A DNA stretch of 64,000 nucleotides from positions 32,001-96,000 of IMG/VR virus record IMGVR_UViG_3300008267_000054; one strand, 5' to 3'. Shown one piece after another: positions 1-10,071 of the stretch (positions are counted from its first letter, which is position 1; every line of letters begins with the position of its first letter). The position numbers and the translations under genes are program-made. The notes below the pieces were generated by a model, which was not told the DNA's origin, ran no database searches, and saw only the letters and a program-made list of their open reading frames with translations. This stretch comes from a virus.

Positions 1-1572
1 GTATTATCTATAGTATCTAAAGAACACGTTGATAATAGTGACGAGTGTTTTGAGTATGTTCCGTGGGACTGGATTCAGTTACCATTACATTGGCCTTCAA
101 CAACAACAGATTTTGCAAAAGATCCGGCAACCGGTAATTTTATATCTGTCGATTGGTACAATCAATCTGTATTAAACATACCAAAGGAGGAGCCTTTTAG
201 ATATGCAACACAATTAGGCCAACCACGAGCAATGACAACCGGTTTTAATTTGGTATTATTTCCATTAGAACCAATATCAGTGAATAAAGCTGATTATTAC
301 ACAAAAACTGTATTAACACCAATAGATGCGGTACAAGATTATCCACCATTAGAAACTGGTACTACTATAAGTTCTGAATTAGGTGCATACTTAGGATCCA
401 TATCAGATTATGATTATGAGATAGTTGGCGTTAATATATCTAACCGATATAATCTACCATTTAGTACACCAAACTATACTGAATATACAAAAGCACAGGG
501 TGGTGTTGCTTCAAGAACAACAATATCAACGTACAAATATAATAAAAATCATACAGAGCAATTTCCCGAGCCATTAAATTTTACATCATCTATATGGCAA
601 CCGTTCGTTTTGAGTACAAATCAAGATTTCCAAATTGGACAATCATCAACAGCGGATTATGTAGTATTTTATAACTCTTCATCAGGTGACTTATCTGGGG
701 TAACTTTACCACAAGTAATTGGTAATATAGAATCCAATGTTATTAAGTACACAAACAACTTAGTAACCGATGTACCATTAACATTCAGCACTGCATCAAT
801 AGTTAAATACCAATATCTAAAGAGAATGGGATTTACACTAAACTTGTATGGAGAGGATTATGGTATACCAACAACTGAATCACTCAACTCACTTACACTG
901 GTTGATCGAAAAAACTTATTATTAGAAGATTGGCGTACACTAAAAGACACAGCTGGTAACGTAAGTTATTATTATAGGCTACTTGAAAAAATAGATCAAC
1001 CTAACAATTCTACTTCTGGTTTCATACCAAATATGAGATCATCACAGCATATAATATATAATGATATTTTTGCAGCAACGTGGGGAACATCGGCAACCAA
1101 CCAACAATATAATCTAGCAGATAGTAAGTTAAATTTGAGTGACAGTTTCACATTCACTAGTGAATCTATTTATGAGGGTAGGAGGCTATACTCAGGATCC
1201 TCATCAACACAAAATGCCGGCCAGTTCTATGAAATAAGAGCTAAACAGAATGCAGACTTGAAATACGTAGTTGATGGACAATTTACTTGGGTGGTTAATG
1301 TAAATGGTGTAGAGCGAGATTTACGAACAAAAATACAACAAGGGTACACATCAACATACCCAACAACAGCACAAACCGGTGCTGGTGTAAGTACTGGTAC
1401 CGGTATAGATTATATAATATTAGCAGCAGGAAAGAGTTTAGATAGGGTGAAACTGCAATCAGTAGTTATAGATGGATCGGCTAATACACCAAGTGTCATA
1501 GTAATACCTAGTAAGAGAAAGATATATTATTTTATCTACAAATACACGGATAACGTTTTAAATGAATACTAA
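1..1572 (+). CDS. 5'-truncated virion structural protein (probably baseplate/tail associated)
   Basis: The frame of ORF 232..1572 has no stop back to position 1, so the true start is probably outside the window. S/T/N/Y-rich; its stop overlaps the next ATG. Confidence 0.6.
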   Translation, partial: VLSIVSKEHVDNSDECFEYVPWDWIQLPLHWPSTTTDFAKDPATGNFISVDWYNQSVLNIPKEEPFRYATQLGQPRAMTTGFNLVLFPLEPISVNKADYYTKTVLTPIDAVQDYPPLETGTTISSELGAYLGSISDYDYEIVGVNISNRYNLPFSTPNYTEYTKAQGGVASRTTISTYKYNKNHTEQFPEPLNFTSSIWQPFVLSTNQDFQIGQSSTADYVVFYNSSSGDLSGVTLPQVIGNIESNVIKYTNNLVTDVPLTFSTASIVKYQYLKRMGFTLNLYGEDYGIPTTESLNSLTLVDRKNLLLEDWRTLKDTAGNVSYYYRLLEKIDQPNNSTSGFIPNMRSSQHIIYNDIFAATWGTSATNQQYNLADSKLNLSDSFTFTSESIYEGRRLYSGSSSTQNAGQFYEIRAKQNADLKYVVDGQFTWVVNVNGVERDLRTKIQQGYTSTYPTTAQTGAGVSTGTGIDYIILAAGKSLDRVKLQSVVIDGSANTPSVIVIPSKRKIYYFIYKYTDNVLNEY

Positions 1573-4031
1573 TGTTAACAGGAAGTCTTAGCTTTGTAAG
1601 AGATAAAAGTCAAAATTATAACACTGAGTTTAGGTTGTATCCTAAATCCCAGAGGACACCCTTTTTTGCACAAAGCCCAGTTGAAAAGTTTGAACAATAT
1701 ACCTGGGTTTCTGAGTATGCAAATCCAAATGATTACACATTAAAGAAAATTAGACAATCAGGCAATGTTGTTGGTATGTTAGAGGGAACAGCTTTTAGAA
1801 TTAACATAAAAGCTCTTGACCCAACAAATTTATTTGATGTAACTAACGACAGTAAAATAACATACATTTGGAAAAGAGATGGTGCTGTTTTATACGAATA
1901 TAGTAGTCAAAATAATCTTAGAGGTACAAGTATTTTACAAATTACAAGCGAGTCTTGTACAAGAGACATATCAGGTTTATACGAGTTAGAGGCAACTAAT
2001 AAGTTTGGAACAACTATATCAGAACCAATTACAATAGATGTAATCAATAGAAAATATCATCCATATCTGTATAAAAATCTGCTAATAAATGGATCCGGTG
2101 AGCAGGGAGTTAGTGAGTGGACCACAGATAGTGATGTTACTGTTAATACTTTAGCAAGTAGCAATCGAAATCAGTGGAGTATTCCTCAGCAGTTATATGA
2201 AGTAACATATAATTCACCGTATCCTGAAGATTTTTATTTTTCCTCTTATGGTAATGAGACAACCTTAGCAGAATGGTTTACTAAAACACAAGATGCAAGT
2301 CAATTTAATTTTGCTACAAATCAACTTGGTCAATACAATAAGTGGATAATAAAAAACTTTCATCCATGCTTAGTACCAACAGATGGAGCAATACAAAATG
2401 GTATTAGATTAGGTGGACCACAAGATAGTTTTTATCCGAGCTGGGACTATATTGACAGTTATAACCAAAATGGTTTATTATATAGCTTAGGTAATATAAT
2501 CAACAAAACAAAAACATACATAACTAGAGATAAAATAAAGTTCTCAGTCTTTGGTGGCAAAGCAAAGAGCATAGCATACCAAGATATTTCAGTTAGTGAT
2601 ATATCTGGCATGGTTGATGGTGAGTACTATGGCATAGATAAACTAGTTGCACATTTCTTTGCGTACGTTGGAATTGGTATATCAGGATATAAACTGGAGT
2701 ACGAGGATCCAAATACAGGAACAACTGTTGAAGAGAACACTATACCAGTCAGTTTATACAATTACAAGGTAGGTTCCTTAAATAATAAACCACCTTTTAT
2801 ACCGCTACTACCTAATGCAGCACAATATACAAATGCAGTTGGTAGCTATGATGATGGTAGTCGAGATAAGTTTGCAAAAAAAATAAAAAAAGGAACAAAG
2901 ATTAAATTAACACCGGTTGCATATGATACAACTGAGATTAGATTAGACTTCCTTTCAATTAACAATGAAACAATAAGCACCGAAACAATTCAAGGTCCAA
3001 CAGAAAGAGATATATGGGCTATAAAAGAAAAGTTCTTTATCCCATATTACGTCGGTAATTTGTATGGATGGTGCACAGATGCTTCAGATCAAGAATTCTA
3101 CTTTTATAGCCAATCATTTACATCAATGGATGCAATTAGAGGTTTAGATGATGCATCAAAACCGATTAAAGATGTGCGTGCTGAGTGGGTTCAAAAATAC
3201 CACTATCCATTAGTTGATAGTGAGTGGGAAGTAGCGAGAAGAAACTCTGCATTTAAGTTAATTACAAAGAAGCCTAGTGATCGTGAAGTTAAAGAAGAAG
3301 CAATAGAGAGATATGGATTTAATCGCTCATTCTTAGAACAATATGGCGAAACTAAAATACCATTGTGGTATGTAGACGGAATTGTTGGCTCACGTTACGA
3401 TAGAGGAGCAGCTGCATTCTTTGGCATACAGAAAAATATCGTTGTACCGAGAGGAACAAGAACAATAAGAGTTAATATAATATTTAATCACACATCAGAA
3501 GCTTTGTATGATTCCAATCCAAGAACAAAAAATTGGAGTAAACAAACAATCTATTATGATTATTTTACAAGAGAAGGTGCAAATGATAAATTAATTGAGT
3601 ATGGTAATCCAAGATGCGGAGTAACAGCTACACATCTATCGCTACACCCAGATGTTGTGCAAGTAAGCGAAGATTATAACACATATGAGGTTAATTTAAC
3701 CGGTAGTGTTTGGTATCAAGAATTACAGCGATTAAACAATCCAAATGAGTATAGATCTATAGAGCAAAAATCATATAACCTAAATAACTTAGCATATAAT
3801 TATAGTGTCTCTACAATACCACAAATACAACCTATAAATAACATATTATCACCAATATCAATAGCAGACATAGCAGTGCTTTACGGTCAAACTAATCCAT
3901 ATGCACTTAACACAGGATCTGGAGTAACAATACCTGATACTCAACCTACCCAACCAACGGGTAGTCAGTTCCAAGGTACAGAAGCATCTGGATCTGCTAC
4001 CGGCTCCGCTAGTGAATCTGAGGAAGGTTGA
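1572..4031 (+). CDS. Structural protein with an Ig-like domain and a galactose-binding-like domain
   Basis: ITYIWKRDG...LQIT...DISGLYELEATNKFG is an Ig I-set pattern. NLLINGSGE..W...QDI...VPRGTRTIRV resembles carbohydrate-binding jelly-roll domains. Confidence 0.6.
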   Translation: MLTGSLSFVRDKSQNYNTEFRLYPKSQRTPFFAQSPVEKFEQYTWVSEYANPNDYTLKKIRQSGNVVGMLEGTAFRINIKALDPTNLFDVTNDSKITYIWKRDGAVLYEYSSQNNLRGTSILQITSESCTRDISGLYELEATNKFGTTISEPITIDVINRKYHPYLYKNLLINGSGEQGVSEWTTDSDVTVNTLASSNRNQWSIPQQLYEVTYNSPYPEDFYFSSYGNETTLAEWFTKTQDASQFNFATNQLGQYNKWIIKNFHPCLVPTDGAIQNGIRLGGPQDSFYPSWDYIDSYNQNGLLYSLGNIINKTKTYITRDKIKFSVFGGKAKSIAYQDISVSDISGMVDGEYYGIDKLVAHFFAYVGIGISGYKLEYEDPNTGTTVEENTIPVSLYNYKVGSLNNKPPFIPLLPNAAQYTNAVGSYDDGSRDKFAKKIKKGTKIKLTPVAYDTTEIRLDFLSINNETISTETIQGPTERDIWAIKEKFFIPYYVGNLYGWCTDASDQEFYFYSQSFTSMDAIRGLDDASKPIKDVRAEWVQKYHYPLVDSEWEVARRNSAFKLITKKPSDREVKEEAIERYGFNRSFLEQYGETKIPLWYVDGIVGSRYDRGAAAFFGIQKNIVVPRGTRTIRVNIIFNHTSEALYDSNPRTKNWSKQTIYYDYFTREGANDKLIEYGNPRCGVTATHLSLHPDVVQVSEDYNTYEVNLTGSVWYQELQRLNNPNEYRSIEQKSYNLNNLAYNYSVSTIPQIQPINNILSPISIADIAVLYGQTNPYALNTGSGVTIPDTQPTQPTGSQFQGTEASGSATGSASESEEG

Positions 4032-4063
4032 TCATAAATAAAATAGATTGATATTTATATCAA

Positions 4064-7000
4064 ATGCCTACATTATCTAATTTCACATCGACATACGACC
4101 CAGCAAGCAGTGTATCTATATTTGGTACAATGCCACCGCAGCTTGGTGTATACCCAAATGATGCAATACTATTAGATATATACAACTTTACTAATGACTA
4201 TTTAGAAACTGTATATAGAACTAGTACATATAGCAGACAAGATTACACTATTAGTATTGATGTTGAAGCTGCTTTAAGAAATCAAAGTTATCTTTCGGGC
4301 AAGTACAATGTAACTGCAAAGTTTTTAAGAAACTATTTAGGATCTGCTGATGGTGATAAACTTGTTATACAAGAAGTATCATCAGACAGATTAGAGATTA
4401 GAGTAACACCAGTAAAGCTACTAGAAAACATAAATAATAATCTAGAGGATTATTTTGAGTTTGGGTTTTTTCAGATTGATAAAAAAGAAGTATTACCAAA
4501 TTTATATGTTTTCAAAGATAACTTCACCTACTTTAAGGTATTTGATTATGTACAAGATCCTTTTACATTTCCAAATTCACCTTTTAGTATTATATTCAAA
4601 TTAACATCACCACTACCACCAGAACTTCAGGTAGATGATTTAATTTGGATAGCTCAGGAAGTTTCACAGCCAATAAAGGATGGTGTAACAGTAATACCAC
4701 CTGCAAGACAGCTTAATGTTACAACTATTGCAGGTCCAAACTTTGATATAGCAACACAAAACACAACCAATAATGTAACAGATTATAAGGATTGGAGTGA
4801 TATATTATCAACAAATACAGACACATCTTTAAGTGTTATTAACAAGCTATTTAGTGGATCTTTAATTGAAGGTGTAGACCTAAATGTAGATTTTCGTAAA
4901 TTTGAAAACTTTGTTCACTTTGGATCATCAGAAGAGAGATTAAGAAACTTCCAATATAAAATGGAACTTCTAGAATATTATGATTCTAGAATATATACAT
5001 TATCACAGTCTTATGATGGTAGTCCAAATTCAGCACTTACCGGATCAACGGAGTTTGTTGCAAACATACTAAGTGCTAAAACACAAAAGAATGCTTTATT
5101 AGGTGGTTTTGATTCCTATGAAAAATATCTCTATTATGAAAGTTCATCATATGTTACAAACTCATTTGGAGAATTTTATCCAACTACCTGGCCAAAGCAA
5201 AATAGTAGTAAGCCGTATGTAAACTACTCAGTTACATCATCAGAAGCACAATCTTGGTTTACAGGTATTGTATCATCAGCAAGCATGTTTGATCTAAACA
5301 ACATGAACTCGCTTAGAAAAATAGTACCAGAGCACGTTTATGTTGATCCAAGTAATGACCAGTACATATTGTTTATTGATATGATAGGTCACTATTTTGA
5401 TTTAATATACGCTTATGTAAATCAATTAACATACATTAACAAAAGATATGAGTCTTTAACAGAAGGCTTTGCAAAAGACTTAGTATACTCTATTGGACAG
5501 AGTCTAGGTCTAAATGCTGAGAACGGTGCAGTAATGGATGATCTTTGGTCTTATTTCTTAGGAACAACTAGAGATGGAGCACTACAATCACCAACATATG
5601 CATTCTCTGTAGAGGATAGGACAAAGGAGGTTTGGAAAAGAATTATTGCAAATTTACCTTATCTACTAAAAACTAAAGGAACATCTAGAGGTATAAGAGC
5701 TCTTATCAACTGCTATGGAATACCAAGCACAATATTAAGAGTCAGAGAGTTTGGTGGCCCGGAACCAACATATTACTCTGCAACACAAGAAGAGTATGAT
5801 CAGTTTTACTATGGTCTTTATTTAAGTGGCTCCACATCAATTACAGCACCAACTGTATCAGGATTAAAAGCTTTAGAACTTAGATTTAGATTACATAGCT
5901 CATCATTAACATCAAACACAACATTTCAAGTTTTAACTGGTCCAACAACAATATCAGTTAATCCATTTACAGGAACTGTTGTCGCTGGTGGTCAAAACAT
6001 ACTCAATGTACCATTAGCAGAATTAGATACTGATTGGTGGACAGTTTTGGTAAACGATGGTGGTAGATCCTATATTGGCACAAACAAGTATGGCACTGCG
6101 TTAATATACTCTAGTTCAGCAGCTGGTGCTAGTTTAAACAATACCAACTCCACCATACCAGGTGCAACCAATAGACTAAATGGATACGTTAACGAGTATA
6201 GAGTTTGGAATAAGATTTTAGATTTAGAAGTTTATGAAAATCATATTCTTGCACCAACAAGCTTTCAAGGTCCACAAGATGATTTAATTGTTGGTAGTAC
6301 CTCATCATATGATACTTTGAAGGTGAGACACACTTTTGGAGCTGATGGTAAGAAATTTGATGCTAGTGTGACAACTTCCATAGCAAGTTCACATCCAAAC
6401 CAACTAAGTACAGTAGCAAACGCAACACTTACAGGCTTTGGATCAAACACCTCATCCTACTGGATACCACAAACCGAAACACACTACTTAGAGGTAGTTG
6501 ATGGTGGTCCAACTAGAAAAGTTGGTAATAAAATTCGCATTGAAACTACGGTTGTGAGCGCTAGTAATCAAGTGCAAACTAACAGTAGTGTATTAGATTC
6601 ACTACAAGATTTACAACCTACAGACTCACCAAGAGTTGGTGTTTACTTCTCACCAACCGATGAAGTTGATGAAGATATAAATGAACAATTTGGTGGATTG
6701 AACCTAGACGATTATATAGGAGATCCAGAAGATTATTATAGAGATGAATATTCTAGACTAGCTAGAACAAGGCACAATTACTTTAAAAAATACCAAAAAA
6801 GAAACAACACACAGGGATTCATAAGATTAATACAAAACTATGACTCATCACTATTTCAGTTAGTAAAACAGTTTGTACCGGAAAGAGCATTATTGCATAC
6901 CGGTCTTGTTGTTGAGTCACACGTATTACATAGAAACAAAATTGCCAATAAGCAACCAAGCTACGAGAACCTCTATTGGACTGCATCCATAGATCCTGAA

Positions 7001-7603
7001 CCATCAACTGGTGGGGATATTTTACCTCTTGAAGATACAATTAATGCATTTGACGATGCACTTAGTGGAGTATACGATTATCAGGAAGGCACAGCACAAG
7101 TAATAATAGAAGCAGGTTCAGTATCAGTATCTGACACAAATCTAGTTGATTCGGATCCAATTAATGCTGCACTAGCTTACAGAACAACTGGAGCAGCAAT
7201 AGAATACAATAATGAAAATGTATTAGAATTAACAGACACAGTTGTTTCTAGAGATGCAGAAGGAGCTCAATATAGCTACTATACTTGGTTCCAAACTGGA
7301 TCAGGAGATAATGATTGGGTTTATGGAGAAGGTGTTAGTGAGGATATTTGGAATCCAATTCAACCAGTTGTACTACAAAATGCATTAAGCTCAGTTTATA
7401 TAACACCAACTGATAGATTCAACAACAAATTTACTAACACGTATCTACAATTTTATCAAGATTATGATTTAGCAACTAGAGGATTATTGGAATCATATGG
7501 AATGAGTACAGCTGTAGGAGCGGGTCAATCTGGATTCTATATTACTGAGTTAGCAGGAGAGTATGTAATTGTTGCCTATAATAATAACACAATACCATTA
7601 TAA
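4064..7603 (+). CDS. Large baseplate wedge-like protein with a LamG-like domain
   Basis: KRIIANLPYLLKTKGTSRGIRALINCYG resembles the P2 gpI/T4 gp7-type wedge motif. LNGYVNEYRVWNKIL is LamG-like. Confidence 0.6.
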   Translation: MPTLSNFTSTYDPASSVSIFGTMPPQLGVYPNDAILLDIYNFTNDYLETVYRTSTYSRQDYTISIDVEAALRNQSYLSGKYNVTAKFLRNYLGSADGDKLVIQEVSSDRLEIRVTPVKLLENINNNLEDYFEFGFFQIDKKEVLPNLYVFKDNFTYFKVFDYVQDPFTFPNSPFSIIFKLTSPLPPELQVDDLIWIAQEVSQPIKDGVTVIPPARQLNVTTIAGPNFDIATQNTTNNVTDYKDWSDILSTNTDTSLSVINKLFSGSLIEGVDLNVDFRKFENFVHFGSSEERLRNFQYKMELLEYYDSRIYTLSQSYDGSPNSALTGSTEFVANILSAKTQKNALLGGFDSYEKYLYYESSSYVTNSFGEFYPTTWPKQNSSKPYVNYSVTSSEAQSWFTGIVSSASMFDLNNMNSLRKIVPEHVYVDPSNDQYILFIDMIGHYFDLIYAYVNQLTYINKRYESLTEGFAKDLVYSIGQSLGLNAENGAVMDDLWSYFLGTTRDGALQSPTYAFSVEDRTKEVWKRIIANLPYLLKTKGTSRGIRALINCYGIPSTILRVREFGGPEPTYYSATQEEYDQFYYGLYLSGSTSITAPTVSGLKALELRFRLHSSSLTSNTTFQVLTGPTTISVNPFTGTVVAGGQNILNVPLAELDTDWWTVLVNDGGRSYIGTNKYGTALIYSSSAAGASLNNTNSTIPGATNRLNGYVNEYRVWNKILDLEVYENHILAPTSFQGPQDDLIVGSTSSYDTLKVRHTFGADGKKFDASVTTSIASSHPNQLSTVANATLTGFGSNTSSYWIPQTETHYLEVVDGGPTRKVGNKIRIETTVVSASNQVQTNSSVLDSLQDLQPTDSPRVGVYFSPTDEVDEDINEQFGGLNLDDYIGDPEDYYRDEYSRLARTRHNYFKKYQKRNNTQGFIRLIQNYDSSLFQLVKQFVPERALLHTGLVVESHVLHRNKIANKQPSYENLYWTASIDPEPSTGGDILPLEDTINAFDDALSGVYDYQEGTAQVIIEAGSVSVSDTNLVDSDPINAALAYRTTGAAIEYNNENVLELTDTVVSRDAEGAQYSYYTWFQTGSGDNDWVYGEGVSEDIWNPIQPVVLQNALSSVYITPTDRFNNKFTNTYLQFYQDYDLATRGLLESYGMSTAVGAGQSGFYITELAGEYVIVAYNNNTIPL

Positions 7604-7613
7604 AAATAATAGC

Positions 7614-8180
7614 ATGTCATCAACAGCTACAGGAACAATTAGCAAAGTCTTTGATACAACAAGTACACAGAGATACAGAATTAGAATGCAAATAAAACCA
7701 CAATTAAATGATGCTTATGAGATAGTTGTTGGTATTGGGCAGAATGCAACCTATAGAACATTAATAACATCACCAGCATATGGTAATACTGTGTGGGTTG
7801 GTATTGATGAAATAGTTACTGTATTACCAACAGATAATAGAAATATGCGAATACAAGTAACTTCAACCTCAACTTTAGGTGCAGAACAATCAACCTACTT
7901 CTACATGAAAAACCTATTAGTTGAAAAACTAGTTAAGTCAGAAGTACAAGATAGTGATTTATTTGGTGGTGGTAGAAGATTTTCATACTACGAAGGTAGT
8001 AAAATGACATCACAAGATTTTAATGTTGATAGTCCTGATACAGCAGACGGTGGTCCAGTAATAGTAGTGAATACAGTATCACCAAACACACCATCATCTA
8101 ATCCTATTGGAACATCTACTGGAGCAGCACAAGAAGGTCGAGCAATAGTAAACAGATCACCAAGTTCTAATGCATCATAA
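7614..8180 (+). CDS. Structural protein, or the frameshifted C-terminus of the preceding gene
   Basis: First ATG is at 7614. The frame is open from 7569 and overlaps the upstream stop. Confidence 0.45.
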   Translation: MSSTATGTISKVFDTTSTQRYRIRMQIKPQLNDAYEIVVGIGQNATYRTLITSPAYGNTVWVGIDEIVTVLPTDNRNMRIQVTSTSTLGAEQSTYFYMKNLLVEKLVKSEVQDSDLFGGGRRFSYYEGSKMTSQDFNVDSPDTADGGPVIVVNTVSPNTPSSNPIGTSTGAAQEGRAIVNRSPSSNAS

Positions 8181-8237
8181 CATTATTTTCATATGTCGAC
8201 ATATTTATAATAAAATCAGCAATTTATAATATCAGAT

Positions 8238-8999
8238 ATGGGATACTTAGATAATACAACCGTAACCGTTGACGCAATTTTAACCAATAAAGGTAGACAG
8301 ATTCTTGCTCAAGGTGGTCAATTAAACATCACAAAATTTGCATTGGCAGATGATGAGGTTGATTATAGACTTTGGAATCCAGCACACTCACTAGGCTCTA
8401 ACTACTACGGTGCTGTTATTGAAAACATGCCAATCTTAGAGGCATCACCCGATGAAACACAGATGTTACGATATAAACTTGTAACATTACCACGAACAGC
8501 TGTTGGTATTCCGGTTATTTCAGTATCGGTAAGTACAATCAACTTTACAAGGTTGGCAGATGTAGCACCAGTAAGAGTAACAACTAGTAACTATACGGGT
8601 GGTAATGCAACACTTGGATACACTGCAATTTTATCTGACGACACAGTAGCAAGTTTAGAAGTTGCACCAGATGCAATTTTGGGATCAGCTGCAACAGCTC
8701 AGAGTGCACAAGCTCGTGTAGCATCACCAACTGAGACTCAGGCTGCATCAACTAGCGTACAAGCAACATTCTCAAGCTTCCTTGACGATGAAGTTGGAAG
8801 CATAACATCAGCAGGTAACACTGTTACAAGAACATCTAGTGGAGGCTTCATATTGAAACCAAAAGCAGTTATTGGAACTAAATCTGCTCTATTAACATTA
8901 ATTGCAAACGAAACTGGTGGATTTAAAACTATTGTGGTAACAACAACCAATACAATAGATGAGGGTACAGTTGATGTAATCAATAACGAACAAGCATAA
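8238..8999 (+). CDS. Baseplate/tail-fibre anchor protein
   Basis: AILTNKGRQILAQGGQLNITKFALADD resembles the start of P2 gpH-type fibre anchor domains; baseplate context. Confidence 0.55.
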   Translation: MGYLDNTTVTVDAILTNKGRQILAQGGQLNITKFALADDEVDYRLWNPAHSLGSNYYGAVIENMPILEASPDETQMLRYKLVTLPRTAVGIPVISVSVSTINFTRLADVAPVRVTTSNYTGGNATLGYTAILSDDTVASLEVAPDAILGSAATAQSAQARVASPTETQAASTSVQATFSSFLDDEVGSITSAGNTVTRTSSGGFILKPKAVIGTKSALLTLIANETGGFKTIVVTTTNTIDEGTVDVINNEQA

Positions 9000-9017
9000 A
9001 ATATAATATAAGCAAAA

Positions 9018-9995
9018 ATGGCAGACATTTATAAAAGATTTGCGTCAGATGACATAATCACACGAGACTTACAAATTGTTAGTAGCCCAGTATGGTCTGG
9101 TGATGTTAATCCGTTGACAACTTTCTTCAGTGCAAGTGCTAATACTTCCAGTTGGGAGTATTATGTACCGGTTTATGACAAGAATCCAAATACGGACGAT
9201 TCAGCAGCAGTGCAGTTTTCAATAGCATATGGACAATTATATGGTAGTGGATCCTTAGGCGACACAACAGTTGTTGATAGTACAGCTAATAGACCATCCA
9301 AAGCAGTATATAGCCAGTTTAAAAATTTACTATTACCACCAAGTCAAGAAGCTTTTGAGATTAATGGTGTAACTGCTCCTGATCTTTATTTTATTACACT
9401 TAATAGAGCTCGCTACAAGCAAAAAATGGATCCAGGTAACTGGCAACTAAAGCTAAGTGATACCTCAGTTCGAAGCTTCATAGATGATAGTGGTGCTGGA
9501 GTAGATCCAACTATTAACGAAGCAGGTAGAGTTTTCCAAATATACTCAGGTTCAGGTGGTGTAACAGCAAGTAACACAGTATATGGACTATCTTATCCTG
9601 ATCTTGGTATACTTGTATTCAGTGCATCTGCATTAGGAATAGCAGGAGGCACAACAAATAACTCAATTGCAGCTAATAAAAACGCTTTCGAGTTTTATCT
9701 TGCAATATCCGAATCCGGTTACTTTGCAGCTAGAACTGAAGAAAAAGTAACATCTAATCATTACTTTGTTAGAGTAACAAATCAACAATTTAACTTTAGT
9801 AATAATCCAACTTTCATTACTGGATCTAATGGTATGTTTAGATGGAGTACTATGAGAAGAAATCCTCAAGTATACATTACAACTGTTGGTTTATATGATG
9901 ATAATAATAGACTATTAGCGGTAGCAAAATTGTCAAGACCATTGTTAAAATCCTTCAATAGAGAGGCTTTAATTAAAGTTAAGATTGATTATTAA
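9018..9995 (+). CDS. Baseplate-associated structural protein
   Basis: C-terminal YITTVGLYDDNNRLLAVAKLSRPLLK motif is shared with the next gene. Confidence 0.55.
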   Translation: MADIYKRFASDDIITRDLQIVSSPVWSGDVNPLTTFFSASANTSSWEYYVPVYDKNPNTDDSAAVQFSIAYGQLYGSGSLGDTTVVDSTANRPSKAVYSQFKNLLLPPSQEAFEINGVTAPDLYFITLNRARYKQKMDPGNWQLKLSDTSVRSFIDDSGAGVDPTINEAGRVFQIYSGSGGVTASNTVYGLSYPDLGILVFSASALGIAGGTTNNSIAANKNAFEFYLAISESGYFAARTEEKVTSNHYFVRVTNQQFNFSNNPTFITGSNGMFRWSTMRRNPQVYITTVGLYDDNNRLLAVAKLSRPLLKSFNREALIKVKIDY

Positions 9996-10024
9996 ACCAC
10001 TCTTATAATAGAATTGTAAGACCG

Positions 10025-10050
10025 ACCCTCCTTCTTGGAGGGTTTCTTTT
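10025..10050 (+). terminator. Intrinsic terminator
   Basis: ACCCTCC-ttctt-GGAGGGT stem followed by TTCTTTT, downstream of the 9995 stop. Confidence 0.8.
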
Positions 10051-10071
10051 ATGAACTATATTTATTAGTAT

